Source of the DNA: an uncultured cyanobacterium | GTDB lineage: Bacteria; Cyanobacteriota; Cyanobacteriia; Pseudanabaenales; Pseudanabaenaceae | Direction of reading: 5' to 3' | Length of the DNA stretch: 64,000 nucleotides | Assembly: GCA_963703315.1 (NCBI GenBank) | Contig: OY969811.1 | Coordinates: 1,056,001 to 1,120,000, forward strand | Part shown: in pieces, positions 1 to 9,654 of the stretch | How the letters are laid out: the number at the start of each line of letters is the position of its first letter | Numbering within the stretch: position 1 is the first letter of the stretch | The notes under the pieces: model-generated | Seen by the model: only the letters and a program-made list of their open reading frames with translations | Told to the model about the DNA's origin: nothing | Database searches by the model: none | Made by a program: the position numbers and the translations under genes

Positions 1-1660
1 CCTTAGCAACCTTATTAGTTTGATTCTTGGCATCACTAGATTCTTTTTCAGCCTCGTCTTTCTTATATTCCAAATAGACAGAATAATTTCCGGGATATAA
101 GCGGACTTCACCTTCTGGCTCAAAGGAAAAGACCATATCAACGGTGCGATCTAGAAAATAGCGATCGTGGGAAACTACAATTACACAGCCGTTAAATTCT
201 TCGAGATATTCTTCTAAAACAGCAAGAGTCTGCACATCAAGATCATTAGTCGGTTCATCGAGGATCAAGACATTTGGAGCCGCCATCAAAACTTTGAGCA
301 GGAATAAGCGCCGCTTTTCACCACCAGATAGTTTATTGATCGGTGCATACTGCGTATTACCGGGGAAGAGAAATCGCTCTAACATTTGCGAAGCGGTAAT
401 GATGCTGCCATCAGAAGTTTTGACCAGTTCAGCAACATCCTTGAGATAGTCAATTACCCGTTGATTGCCATGCTCAGCAAGATCATCAGAATGTTGATCG
501 AAGTAGCCAAAATGAATCGTCGTGCCAATTTCGACAGTGCCTTCGTCGGGCTGTAAACGTCCCGTAACAATATTCATCAGCGTGGACTTACCCGCACCGT
601 TGCTGCCGATAATGCCGATGCGATCTTCAGGCGTGAAGTTATAGGAGAAATCTTTGATCAGGGTGCGATCGCCGTAGGATTTACCAATGCGATCGAGTTC
701 CACCACTTTTTTGCCAATGCGTCGCCCTGCGGTGGTGATATCGACTTTGGCATTGGCTTGCTTAAATTCAGTGGCTTGCAAAGCGTGGGCGCGATCAATA
801 CGAGCTTTTTGCTTAGTACTCCGCGCCTTTGGTCCTTTTTTGAGCCATTCCAATTCGCGCCGCAATAGTCCTGCGTGTTTGCGCTGGGTACTGAGGGATG
901 ACTCTTCCGCCTCAGCTTTTTTCTCTAGATAGTAGGAATAATTGCCTGAATAGGAATACAAATCACCACGATCAATTTCGATAATGCGATTGGTGACGCG
1001 ATCTAGAAAATAGCGATCGTGGGTAATTAGCAATAATGCGCCACGATAGCGATTGAGATAGCTTTGCAACCATTCCACTGAGAGGGCATCAAGATGGTTA
1101 GTCGGCTCATCCATTAACAAAACATCGGGTGATGATAACAAGGCTGAGGCGATCGCAATCCGCTTACGGTAGCCACCTGATAGACTGCCAACTTTGGCTT
1201 CGAGGTCATCAATTCCTAACTTAGTTAAGACAATTTTGGCATTGGTTTCCAAATCCCAAGCCCCCGTCTGATCCATGCGCTCAGATACTCGCGATAACTG
1301 CTCTAGCAATCGATCCATATCGCCATGCCCATGAGTTAACTTATCGGAAATTTCTTCATATTCCTTGACTAGAGACATTTGTTCGCCACTATCGGCAAAT
1401 ACCTGCTCTAAGACCGTATTTTCTTCATTCAGGTCAGGCTGCTGTGGCAAATAGATGATTTTGGCACTGGAATTTACCCACAGTTCACCGCCATCGCTAT
1501 GTTCCAATCCTGCGATCATTTTCAATAAAGTGGATTTTCCCGATCCATTTGTACCGATCAGTCCCACTTTGTCGCCTTCATCAAGGCTAAAACTGGCATC
1601 CTTGAGGATTTCTTTAATGCCAAAATCTTTGCGGAGCGATCGCAATGTAAAAAGTGCCAT
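1..1660 (-). CDS. ABC-F family ATP-binding protein (Uup-like), 3' end outside window
   Basis: Manual translation from ATG at 1660: MALFTLRSLRKDFGIKEIL...GTNGSGKST (Walker A), LSGGYRKR, LLMDEPTNHLD; second cassette GSNGAGKST, LSGGEKRR, LILDEPTNDLD. Confidence 0.9.
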   Translation of the reverse strand, partial: MALFTLRSLRKDFGIKEILKDASFSLDEGDKVGLIGTNGSGKSTLLKMIAGLEHSDGGELWVNSSAKIIYLPQQPDLNEENTVLEQVFADSGEQMSLVKEYEEISDKLTHGHGDMDRLLEQLSRVSERMDQTGAWDLETNAKIVLTKLGIDDLEAKVGSLSGGYRKRIAIASALLSSPDVLLMDEPTNHLDALSVEWLQSYLNRYRGALLLITHDRYFLDRVTNRIIEIDRGDLYSYSGNYSYYLEKKAEAEESSLSTQRKHAGLLRRELEWLKKGPKARSTKQKARIDRAHALQATEFKQANAKVDITTAGRRIGKKVVELDRIGKSYGDRTLIKDFSYNFTPEDRIGIIGSNGAGKSTLMNIVTGRLQPDEGTVEIGTTIHFGYFDQHSDDLAEHGNQRVIDYLKDVAELVKTSDGSIITASQMLERFLFPGNTQYAPINKLSGGEKRRLFLLKVLMAAPNVLILDEPTNDLDVQTLAVLEEYLEEFNGCVIVVSHDRYFLDRTVDMVFSFEPEGEVRLYPGNYSVYLEYKKDEAEKESSDAKNQTNKVAK

Positions 1661-1878
1661 GCAGTGCCACTGAACCTATGTAAATCTATATCATTTCTAT
1701 GATTTCTAGTTTAATCGCGATCGAACTAATTATGAGGGTTTTTCCTCAGGCAATGGTTTTTCAAATTTTGTCCTACCTTGCCATAGCTCTCACCATTTCA
1801 TCCTTAAATCGGCGAAAATACCAGAGTATATCAATTTACTGAAGATTGGTATGAGTGTAACTCAGGTAGCTTGGCGAT

Positions 1879-2316
1879 TTAGTCCATTTTCTTTTTAGCT
1901 GCTGTTGATGGATATCGGTTATTTTCGATGAGTATTTGGCGCTCTAAAATACGATCTGCATCATTAAAATCAAGAATTCTTGCGGTAACTTCGCCGATGT
2001 CTGTAGTTGGTTGAATTATCGCTCCATCTAGTTGAAAATGTTCTCTCCATGAGTCTCGGCGAGGGTTGAAGAATCTGACTAGTTCTCCGTTTCGCCAATT
2101 AATTGAGCCTAGATCTGTGCCTTTTTGCAGGTTACAGAATAGGCAAGCATAGCAAAGATTTTCGGCTGTCGAGTCACCGCCATGTTTTACACTAATGATG
2201 TGGTCAACTTGGCAAGATGGCGTATTTTCTTCTGCAATCAGGCAATACTCACATGAATAATCTGCACGTTGTGCAACTAAGCGCCGCAACTCAGCCCTAA
2301 TGTAAGATCGAGGCAT
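1879..2316 (-). CDS. HNH endonuclease
   Basis: CEYC...VDHII...HGG...NLCYACLFCN zinc-binding HNH signature. Confidence 0.85.
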   Translation of the reverse strand: MPRSYIRAELRRLVAQRADYSCEYCLIAEENTPSCQVDHIISVKHGGDSTAENLCYACLFCNLQKGTDLGSINWRNGELVRFFNPRRDSWREHFQLDGAIIQPTTDIGEVTARILDFNDADRILERQILIENNRYPSTAAKKKMD

Positions 2317-2578
2317 TTTCTTTAATTCCAGTGTCGATATATTTGTAGGCTTTAGCTTTAGCGAGTCTGAGGATATGTTCTAATACTAAATATTTCTCTA
2401 ATTCTCTTTTATCTTCTTTTGTAAGTTCATTGTTTTTAGCACCGTGAACTAAATCCTCTAGGCGCTCTTGTGCGGCTTCAGAAAGATGGAAGTCGATTAC
2501 GCTCTGGGGAGTTGTGCCAGATGCAATGAAGTCAACAATTTCATCGTAAACTTTGATGGTTTTAGTGGCTGTGTTCAT
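2297..2578 (-). CDS. Small helical protein, putative antitoxin partner of the HNH gene
   Basis: 93-aa ORF overlapping the HNH start; RLEDL...ELTKEDKRELEKY pattern typical of HNH-linked partners. Confidence 0.55.
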   Translation of the reverse strand: MNTATKTIKVYDEIVDFIASGTTPQSVIDFHLSEAAQERLEDLVHGAKNNELTKEDKRELEKYLVLEHILRLAKAKAYKYIDTGIKENASILH

Positions 2579-2652
2579 AGCTAGGTTCTGATTATGATCC
2601 TTGTGGCGATCTGATTATATCATCAGAGCTTTTGGTAATCATTTGCTGTAAT

Positions 2653-2868
2653 TCATGCGTACATCAACCGTCCTTTGGGTGTGGGGATGATTCTTCCTAA
2701 CATTTTTGCTGTTTCTATCCATTCTTGAATAATGATCTCGGCGTTGGCTACGGCTTCAGCATAGCTTTGTCCATCTGCCATGCAACCTGCAAGTTCAGGA
2801 ATTTCAACGATGAACGCATCATCTGATTCACTCCAATAAACAATTAGTTCGTATTTAATTGGTGTCAT
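2653..2868 (-). CDS. HicB family antitoxin
   Basis: YWSESDDAFIVEIPELAGCMADGQSYAEAVANAE...GRIIPTP HicB motif. Confidence 0.85.
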   Translation of the reverse strand: MTPIKYELIVYWSESDDAFIVEIPELAGCMADGQSYAEAVANAEIIIQEWIETAKMLGRIIPTPKGRLMYA

Positions 2869-3268
2869 TTTCTTTCTGTGGTTCTTGGCTTATTATTTGT
2901 TGAATTTCTTGGCAAATTTTTTCTAGCAAAGGAGCATCTGAAGCAACTACATTATCTTCAATGCGATCGTGTTTGTGATGGGGAAATGTTGATAGATTTA
3001 GCTTTTGATGGTGAGGAGCATTGTCATAGCGAAAAATTAGATCTCCTTCTTTACTCATGTATTGATAGGTATACTTGCCTCTATCAATGGATATTTCTAC
3101 ATCAACAAATTCTCGGATATGCAGTAATGAGCCATCATTAAAATAGATATTGCCTCTAATGAAGCCGAGTGTATCTGTACGGGTTTCTGTCTCAAGTTCA
3201 AATCTTTGAGTAATTGCAAGATTGGAAAGTACATTTCTGATTTCTGCAAAATAATTATCAATCAACAA
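2855..3268 (-). CDS. DUF6516/TumE-like toxin family protein
   Basis: YTYQY...LIFRYDNAPHH...TFPHHKH motif. Confidence 0.75.
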   Translation of the reverse strand: MLIDNYFAEIRNVLSNLAITQRFELETETRTDTLGFIRGNIYFNDGSLLHIREFVDVEISIDRGKYTYQYMSKEGDLIFRYDNAPHHQKLNLSTFPHHKHDRIEDNVVASDAPLLEKICQEIQQIISQEPQKENDTN

Positions 3269-3548
3269 ATTCGATCTCCTTGATGATTGCTTGTTTTTGC
3301 TGTAATTTCTCTAACATCCAAGCTTCGCCTAGCCATTCATCAAAATCTAGGCTATGTTGTAATTGATCGTTGGTGAAAAGGTTAATAAAATTTTCGGTTG
3401 ACCAATGATATTGGGTTTCAAACTGGGTTAGTTTTTGGTGTGTGGTTTGTATTGCTGCTTCAATGCTTTGCAACCTTTTAGCAAGGTCACTTTCGATCAT
3501 TTCTTTGATAGATTCTGGATGACTAGATCTTAATTTCAGTACATTCAT
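3258..3548 (-). CDS. Putative antitoxin partner of the TumE-like gene
   Basis: LTQFETQYHWSTENF...LDFDEW motif; overlaps the downstream toxin; likely start ATG 3548 (MNVLKL) rather than 3593. Confidence 0.65.
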   Translation of the reverse strand: MNVLKLRSSHPESIKEMIESDLAKRLQSIEAAIQTTHQKLTQFETQYHWSTENFINLFTNDQLQHSLDFDEWLGEAWMLEKLQQKQAIIKEIEFVD

Positions 3549-3646
3549 ATTTTTTAGCCTAATCCTATGTCCTAAAATAGCATCAACCAACAAAACTCAA
3601 AAAATTTACATTTTCCTTTTACCCTTTTCCTTTTTCCTTGATCGCC

Positions 3647-3868
3647 CTAGGCAGCAACTAATTGTCTTTCTTGGATAGGGTGATGGTATAAAACCATTAA
3701 CTGTCTTTCTGTTAGGGTTTCGATCGCATAGGCTCTTCCATTGAGGTCGCTAAATTCGACTTCAAAGACTTTAGGTTCGTAAACTTCTACAATTGTGCCA
3801 ACTTGTCCTCGATATAAATGGCAATTGGGGACATCTTCTAAGAGTGCGACTACATCCAATAATTTCAT
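3647..3868 (-). CDS. DUF4926 domain protein
   Basis: MKLLDVVALLEDVP...GQVGTIVEVY...FEVEFSD...GRAYA; likely start ATG 3868. Confidence 0.8.
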   Translation of the reverse strand: MKLLDVVALLEDVPNCHLYRGQVGTIVEVYEPKVFEVEFSDLNGRAYAIETLTERQLMVLYHHPIQERQLVAA

Positions 3869-3887
3869 AATAGAATCTTTTTTTCTG

Positions 3888-4142
3888 TTAGTAGGCATCT
3901 TTACGATGACTGACACTTAGCAATAATACAATTAGCTCTCTGTCTTTAATTTCGTAGATAATGCGATAGTCTCCAACTCTGACACGATAGGTATTGTCGT
4001 AGCCTTTAAGCTTTTTAACTCCGTTCGGACGCGGATCGTCGGCTAGAGAGCGCAATGTCACAATCAAGCGATCGCGTTCAATTTTTGAGATGTTATCTAG
4101 CTGCTTTTGGGCTGGTTTAGGGATAACGATCTGATAGCTCAT
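3888..4142 (-). CDS. RelE/ParE family toxin
   Basis: DPRPNGVKKLKG...YRVRVGDYRIIYEI...VSHRKDAY. Confidence 0.9.
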   Translation of the reverse strand: MSYQIVIPKPAQKQLDNISKIERDRLIVTLRSLADDPRPNGVKKLKGYDNTYRVRVGDYRIIYEIKDRELIVLLLSVSHRKDAY

Positions 4143-4348
4143 GCTTGATTTGCCTCGTATTGATCGAGGGTTAGATAATCACCTGAGAGATAGGCTGTTT
4201 GGGAAGAGAGAATATTTTCTTTTTCTTCTGAGGTTATTTCCTCTTCTACATAGCGAGATTTGAGAAACAATACAAAGTCAAGGGTTTCTGCTAATAGGGA
4301 TTCAGAAATATTTTCGACTTCTTGAATTAACTTTTCTTTGATAGTCAT
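4139..4348 (-). CDS. DUF2281-like antitoxin
   Basis: KEKLIQEVENISESLLAETLDFVLFLK; 4-nt overlap with the RelE gene. Confidence 0.7.
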   Translation of the reverse strand: MTIKEKLIQEVENISESLLAETLDFVLFLKSRYVEEEITSEEKENILSSQTAYLSGDYLTLDQYEANQA

Positions 4349-4378
4349 TGTTTTTTGCGATCGGTTTGTCTTTTTATT

Positions 4379-7300
4379 TTACATTGCCTCACGGATCGGC
4401 TGAAGCCAACTGATCGCATTTTGAGTTGTCGGATGCTCTGTGCCAAGTTTTTGTTCGTAAATTTGGATGGCGCGTTGGATGGATTGTAGGGCTTGGGGAT
4501 GACGTTGGGTATTGTGATAGAGGACGGCTAAGTTGAGTAGACTGGTGGCGACAGAGGGATGGTCTGCTCCTAGTTGTCGTTCATTGATTTCGAGCGATCG
4601 CAGATAGAGAGGTTCGGCTTCGCTGTACTTCCCTTGCGATTCGTAAAGTGATGCGAGATTGTTGAGACTGGTGGCGACAGAGGGATGGTCTGCTCCTAGT
4701 TGGCGTTCCCTGATCGAGAGCGATCGCAGATAGAGAGGTTCGGCTTCGCTGTACTTTCCTTGCGATTCGTAAAGATTTGCGAGATTGTTGAGACTGGAAG
4801 CGAGATCGGGATGGTCTGCTCCTAGTTTTTGTTCTCCGATTTCGAGTGATCGCACATAGAGTGGTTCACTTTCGCTGTACTTCCCTTGTACTTGGTAAAG
4901 TAATGCTAGATTGTTGAGACCAGCGGCAACAGAGGGATGGTCTGCTCCTAGTTGGCATTCCCATATCGAGAGCGATCGCACATACAGTGGTTCAGCTTCG
5001 CTGTACTTCCCTTGTACTCGGTAAAGTGATGCCAGATTGTTGAGAGTTTGGGCGACATCGGGATGGTCTGCTCCTAATTTTCGTTCCCCGATTTCGAGTG
5101 ATTGCAGATAGAGGGGTTTGGCTTCGCTGTATTTCCCTTGCGATTCGTAAAGATTTGCGAGATTGTTGAGACTGATGGCAACATCGGGATGGTCTGCTCC
5201 TAGTTGCCGTTCCCTAATCGAGAGCGATCGCACATAGAGTGGTTCGGCTTCGCTGTATTTCCCTTGCGATTCGTAAAATAATGCAAGATTGTTGAGACTG
5301 CTGGCAACAGAGGGATGTTCCGATCCTAGTTGGCGATCGTTGATCGAGAGCGATCGCACTAAAAGTGGCTCGGCTTCACTGTACCTCCCTTGCGCTCGAT
5401 AAAGTTGTGCAAGATTGTTTAGACTGTTGGCGAAATCGGGATTGTCTTCTCCTAGTTGGCGCTCGTTGATCGAGAGTGATCGCAGATAGAGAGGTTCGGC
5501 TTCGCTGTACTTCCCTTGCGCTTGATAAAGTTCTGCAAGATTGTTTAGACTGTTGGCGACATCGGGATTGTCTTCTCCCAGTTGGCGTTCCCTGATTTCG
5601 AGCGATCGCAGATAGAGAGGTTCAGCTTCGCTGTAATTCCCTTGCGCTCGATAAAGTTGTGCAAGACCGTTGATACTGTTGGCGACATCGGGATTGTCTT
5701 CTCCTAGTTGGCGTTCCCTGATTTCGAGCGATCGCAGATGGAGAGGTTCGGCTTCGCTGTATTTCCCTTGCGATTGGTAGACCACAGCTAAACTATTCAC
5801 GCTATTTGCGACATCAATATGGTTTTTACCAAGTCGCTCCTCTTTAATGGCGATCGCTCGAAGAAATATTTGTTCTGCTTCAACATACATTCCTTGTAGT
5901 CGATATAGTCTTGCTAATGAATGTAAATAATCTGACAGGGTGAGAGAACTACCTTTAGTCGTAGCAATCTTAACGGCTTCTTTGGCAGTGATAATTCCAT
6001 CTTGATATTTATTCAATTTATCAAAAACTTGAGAGATTGTATGGAGATAACCCGCCAAAATCATACTGTTCTCAGGCAAAGCCACCCGCGCTTGCTCGAT
6101 CGCCCTCTGATAACCCTTAATCGCCTCACCAAAATAATTTTGAGCAGCCCCAGATTCACCCTTAGCCAAAGCCGCCTTAGCCCGATCATGGGTACTTTGC
6201 GCTTGACGATAGGTTGCCTCAAAAATTGGTGCTTGGTTTAACCGAAAACTACCACCAATGAGATTATTTTTTTGCAGTTTATAGGCACTGACTAAAGCAG
6301 GATTTGTAACGGATTTGAGCCGATCTTCCACAAATTTTTGAGCCGATGCAAAATGTGGGCGGAAGGGTTGCCATGCTGTCACCAGATCCCAAGCCGCAAA
6401 CGCAGGAATCTCATTAGCGCGATCGCTCAGTCCCCGTAACCATGCATCTTGCCAACCCTCGCGATCAAATCCATCCCATTGCATAGCAAAAAACTCATGA
6501 ATTAACCGATGCAAGCGATAGGTTTTACCCTCATCCACACTTTGAATCAGAGTCCTTGTCCGCAAATCAATTTCGGCTTTAGTCAGATTCCGAATTGGCA
6601 CAAAAGCTGGTTGATTCGGCTCCGCAGGTTTCCCTAAAAATGGTAATAGCCCCCTCACCAACTGCCCCAACGAATCCCAAAACCTTTGCCACCAACTTTT
6701 GCGAACAATCGGCGCTGCTGACGGTTGCGGATAGGAACGCACCACCGCCTCCACCAACTCCCAAGGCAAATTGATCGGTTCAAACAAACTCAAAACCCGC
6801 CCTAATTGCTGTGCATCAGGTGACAACTGTTGCCAACTCACCGTAATTACCGCCTTCAAACCCTGCTTAATGTTTTTACTAGCATCAATATTTTCAGGAG
6901 CTTCGGCAATTGGTTCCAATACTTCACTTGCCAGCCCTTCTTGTTCCAATTTAGCGATCGCCTTCGGCAAAGTATCTTGGGTAATCTTCAACCAATTCCC
7001 CACCAAAGTCAGCGCTAAGGGCAAACATCCCAAGCGATCGCAAAGACTTCTGGCAAGCTCAGGATGATCAAGCACCGTTTGCTGATTTGGTTCCGCCCAT
7101 TTTGTCAATACCTGCACCGCCGCTTCAGTCTCCAATTCCTGAATTTCATGCACTGCCAAATTACCGCGCAACTGCGATCGCGAAGTCAGCACAAACCGAA
7201 ACGGACAGCGATCGCCTGAAATCTTTGGTAAATAGGGCGCAACTTGCTCATGATAATTCGTCACATCATCAATAACGATCAGCGCCAATCGCTCCGCACC

Positions 7301-7882
7301 ACAAAATTTTTGCCATGCTTGCCAACCTTCTTCTACCTGTGCTTCTAAAGTTCTCAAATACCGTAAATCGCGATCTTCAGAAAACCGCGACTGCATAAAA
7401 TCCCTGAGATCTTCTCCAAAATGCGCTACATCAAAAATCCCAACCCCACCCACATAATCATTCAGATGCAATTTGCCATACTGCCGCACCAGTTCACTTT
7501 TACCTACACCTGCCATGCCCACAATTAGCACAGTCGGTAAATGTCCCACTTGCTCAGATTGCGCTTGCAACAACCCATGTAGTTTATCTAAGTCAGCCTC
7601 ACGCCCCACAAAATTGCCATTGCGATCAATCTCGCGATCCCCTAGATTGTTATAAAAGCTTTGGTCATGGGTGAACTTTTCCGATTGAAGATCATTTGTG
7701 CGATCGCCGACAATCAAAGTGCCAATATTTACAGTACTTCCAGATTGAGGAACCACCCCAATTTTGTCAGCAATTTTATTCGGCTCATGATGAATCTCTT
7801 GGGAGATATTCGCATTGACATCACCACCAGCCGTGACATTTTCAAGCGCTGTTTGCTTGTTTTGCGGATCTTGTTCAGCCAT
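4379..7882 (-). CDS. NLR-like STAND NTPase (NB-ARC) with C-terminal 42-aa TPR array and short N-terminal motifs
   Basis: FVGRE, Walker A GMAGVGKS, Walker B LIVIDDV, TSR sensor, LGCLPLAL; about 11 kinesin-light-chain-type TPRs (HPDVAxSLNNLAxLYxxQGKYSEAEPLY). Confidence 0.92.
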   Translation of the reverse strand: MAEQDPQNKQTALENVTAGGDVNANISQEIHHEPNKIADKIGVVPQSGSTVNIGTLIVGDRTNDLQSEKFTHDQSFYNNLGDREIDRNGNFVGREADLDKLHGLLQAQSEQVGHLPTVLIVGMAGVGKSELVRQYGKLHLNDYVGGVGIFDVAHFGEDLRDFMQSRFSEDRDLRYLRTLEAQVEEGWQAWQKFCGAERLALIVIDDVTNYHEQVAPYLPKISGDRCPFRFVLTSRSQLRGNLAVHEIQELETEAAVQVLTKWAEPNQQTVLDHPELARSLCDRLGCLPLALTLVGNWLKITQDTLPKAIAKLEQEGLASEVLEPIAEAPENIDASKNIKQGLKAVITVSWQQLSPDAQQLGRVLSLFEPINLPWELVEAVVRSYPQPSAAPIVRKSWWQRFWDSLGQLVRGLLPFLGKPAEPNQPAFVPIRNLTKAEIDLRTRTLIQSVDEGKTYRLHRLIHEFFAMQWDGFDREGWQDAWLRGLSDRANEIPAFAAWDLVTAWQPFRPHFASAQKFVEDRLKSVTNPALVSAYKLQKNNLIGGSFRLNQAPIFEATYRQAQSTHDRAKAALAKGESGAAQNYFGEAIKGYQRAIEQARVALPENSMILAGYLHTISQVFDKLNKYQDGIITAKEAVKIATTKGSSLTLSDYLHSLARLYRLQGMYVEAEQIFLRAIAIKEERLGKNHIDVANSVNSLAVVYQSQGKYSEAEPLHLRSLEIRERQLGEDNPDVANSINGLAQLYRAQGNYSEAEPLYLRSLEIRERQLGEDNPDVANSLNNLAELYQAQGKYSEAEPLYLRSLSINERQLGEDNPDFANSLNNLAQLYRAQGRYSEAEPLLVRSLSINDRQLGSEHPSVASSLNNLALFYESQGKYSEAEPLYVRSLSIRERQLGADHPDVAISLNNLANLYESQGKYSEAKPLYLQSLEIGERKLGADHPDVAQTLNNLASLYRVQGKYSEAEPLYVRSLSIWECQLGADHPSVAAGLNNLALLYQVQGKYSESEPLYVRSLEIGEQKLGADHPDLASSLNNLANLYESQGKYSEAEPLYLRSLSIRERQLGADHPSVATSLNNLASLYESQGKYSEAEPLYLRSLEINERQLGADHPSVATSLLNLAVLYHNTQRHPQALQSIQRAIQIYEQKLGTEHPTTQNAISWLQPIREAM
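4520..5800. repeat. Intragenic tandem array of about 10 near-identical 126-bp units (TPR-coding)
   Basis: gag(c/t)gat(c/t)gca recurs at 126-bp spacing from about 4594 to 5727. Confidence 0.9.
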
Positions 7883-7897
7883 GCTAAATTCCCTTTA

Positions 7898-8853
7898 TAG
7901 CTATAGCCAGCTAGGTTAGGACATAAAATAGAAAGAAACTGAGACATCTGAGCAACAACAATGCCAAAACCATATAGTTACGATTTGCGTCAAAAGGTAA
8001 TGCAAGCAATCGAAATGGATGGACTGAAGAAAAATGAAGCCAGTCAATTGTTCGGGATTAGTCGAAACACAATCAACTTGTGGTTTGAGAGACGGGAAGA
8101 AACAGGAGATATAACCGTAAAGGCAAGAGCATCGTCTAGTCAGAAGCCCAAAATTAGCGACTGGGAAAAGTTTCGAGAATTTGTCAAAGAGCATGAGGAT
8201 AAGACCCAAGCAGAGATGGCAGAATTATGGGGAAATATCAGTCAAAGGTCTATATCACGAGCGTTAAAACAGATAGGATTTACCCGTAAAAAAAAACTTA
8301 TGGTTATCGGGAACGAGATGAAGAAAAACGTAATGAGTTTCGCACAGCCTTAGGCGATCCAAAAGCATCCCACTTAGTTTACGTTGATGAATCAGGGATG
8401 GATGAACGTGATAATTATGGATATGGATGGTCTGCAAAAGGTGAGCGAATTCATGGACTCAAAGCAGGTCGTCGTCAGGGACGTATTAATATGATTGCGG
8501 GATATCGAGATGGACAACTAATTGCCCCCTTTACAATTAAAGGCTGTTGCAACCGCAACGTATTTGAAATCTGGTTAGAATCTTGCTTGATTCCAACTCT
8601 CAAGGCTGGGCAATGGGTAATTATCGATAATGCTACTTTCCATCATGGTGGACGCATTCAGGATTTGATAGCAGCAGCAGGATGTAAGGTCGTCTATTTA
8701 CCTCCATATTCTCCAGACCTTAATCGCATTGAGAAATGTTGGGCTTGGCTCAAATCTCGTATTCGTAAACTCCTACGCAATTCAGCTAATCTTCATGATG
8801 CTATTGACTCCGTTCTTGCCCTTGCTGCGTCCTAACTTGACTGGCTATAGCTA
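7898..8853 (+). mobile_element. IS630-family insertion sequence
   Basis: Terminal IRs TAGCTATAGCCAGCTAGGTTAGGAC and (reverse complement) TAGCTATAGCCAGTCAAGTTAGGAC; TA duplication at 7896-97 and 8854-55. Confidence 0.93.
7961..8835 (+). CDS. IS630 transposase, OrfA+OrfB joined by -1 frameshift
   Basis: OrfA HTH (YSYDLRQKV); A9 run at 8288-8296 joins to TYGYRERDEE...VYVDESG; DDE residues in VDESG, IIDNA and LPPYSPDLNRIE. Confidence 0.9.
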
Positions 8854-8868
8854 TATCTTGATTGGATA

Positions 8869-9180
8869 TCAACTAGCAGAATATTTTGCGCGGCTTTGCT
8901 CATATAAACTCGCCACAGAAATATGCGTTAAATAAAACTCTTCACCTTCCGAATCGCGCAAAGCATCCACATAAGCATCAATCCCACGCGGTTTTGGTAA
9001 CTCATCGACATCGGCAAGATGTAAAACCAACGCCGATCGCATCAGCTTTGTCGTTTCTTCCAAAGTCTCACCCGTAGCAATACAACCCGCCACATCAGGT
9101 GAATATGCTGAAAACCCAGTGTCACTTTTTTCTAAGACGATGAGATATTGGTCAATCATTTCGCGTACTTTTGTGGTCAT
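8869..9180 (-). CDS. HicB family antitoxin
   Basis: YLIVLEKSDTGFSAYSPDVAGCIATGETLEE. Confidence 0.8.
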   Translation of the reverse strand: MTTKVREMIDQYLIVLEKSDTGFSAYSPDVAGCIATGETLEETTKLMRSALVLHLADVDELPKPRGIDAYVDALRDSEGEEFYLTHISVASLYEQSRAKYSAS

Positions 9181-9401
9181 GATTCCCTTAAAAGTTCTTC
9201 TACCGTCAAACCAATATCGCGAGCAATCTGACGTAACAAAGTCGGTGAAATATCCCGTCCCTTATGACATGGAACCGTAGTACCTCGTCCATCCGCATGA
9301 CGAAACTGCTTATGCGATCCTCTTTGTCTCACTTCCACAAAACCAAGATTTTCTAGCAATCGAATAACTTGCTGCGGTTTAAGGACAGGAATATTACCCA
9401 T
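9177..9401 (-). CDS. HicA family toxin
   Basis: LENLGFVEVRQRGSHKQFRH...TTVPCH...LLRQIARDIGL. Confidence 0.9.
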   Translation of the reverse strand: MGNIPVLKPQQVIRLLENLGFVEVRQRGSHKQFRHADGRGTTVPCHKGRDISPTLLRQIARDIGLTVEELLRES

Positions 9402-9421
9402 AATTTTATTTGCCTATTGAT

Positions 9422-9631
9422 TTAGGCGATCGCAATTAACTGAGTGCCGACAAACTCTGACTGCGGTGGAATCACGTCTTCTTCTAAAAGCATCGCAATT
9501 ACTTCTTGCAAATTCTCACGCAACTCATCTAGAGTCTCTCCTTGAGAATGTGCGCCCACAAATGAAGGGACATAACCCACATATAGGTTAGTGTCTACAT
9601 CTTTTTCAATAACAGCAGTAAATACCTTCAT
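9422..9631 (-). CDS. HicB family antitoxin
   Basis: FTAVIEKD...YVGYVP...GAHSQGETLDELRENLQEVI. Confidence 0.88.
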   Translation of the reverse strand: MKVFTAVIEKDVDTNLYVGYVPSFVGAHSQGETLDELRENLQEVIAMLLEEDVIPPQSEFVGTQLIAIA

Positions 9632-9654
9632 AAAATCCTCTGTAAAAAACTGAA

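Noticed and set aside
687..1673. Plus-strand ORFs 687-932 and 1455-1673, and similar short ORFs inside purB, dnaJ, tkt, pyrD and the kinases
   Set aside because: Antisense or off-frame shadows of well-supported genes.
4520..5800. Regularly spaced repeats as a CRISPR array
   Set aside because: Units are 126 bp, in frame, encode TPRs and have no unique spacers; no cas genes in the window.
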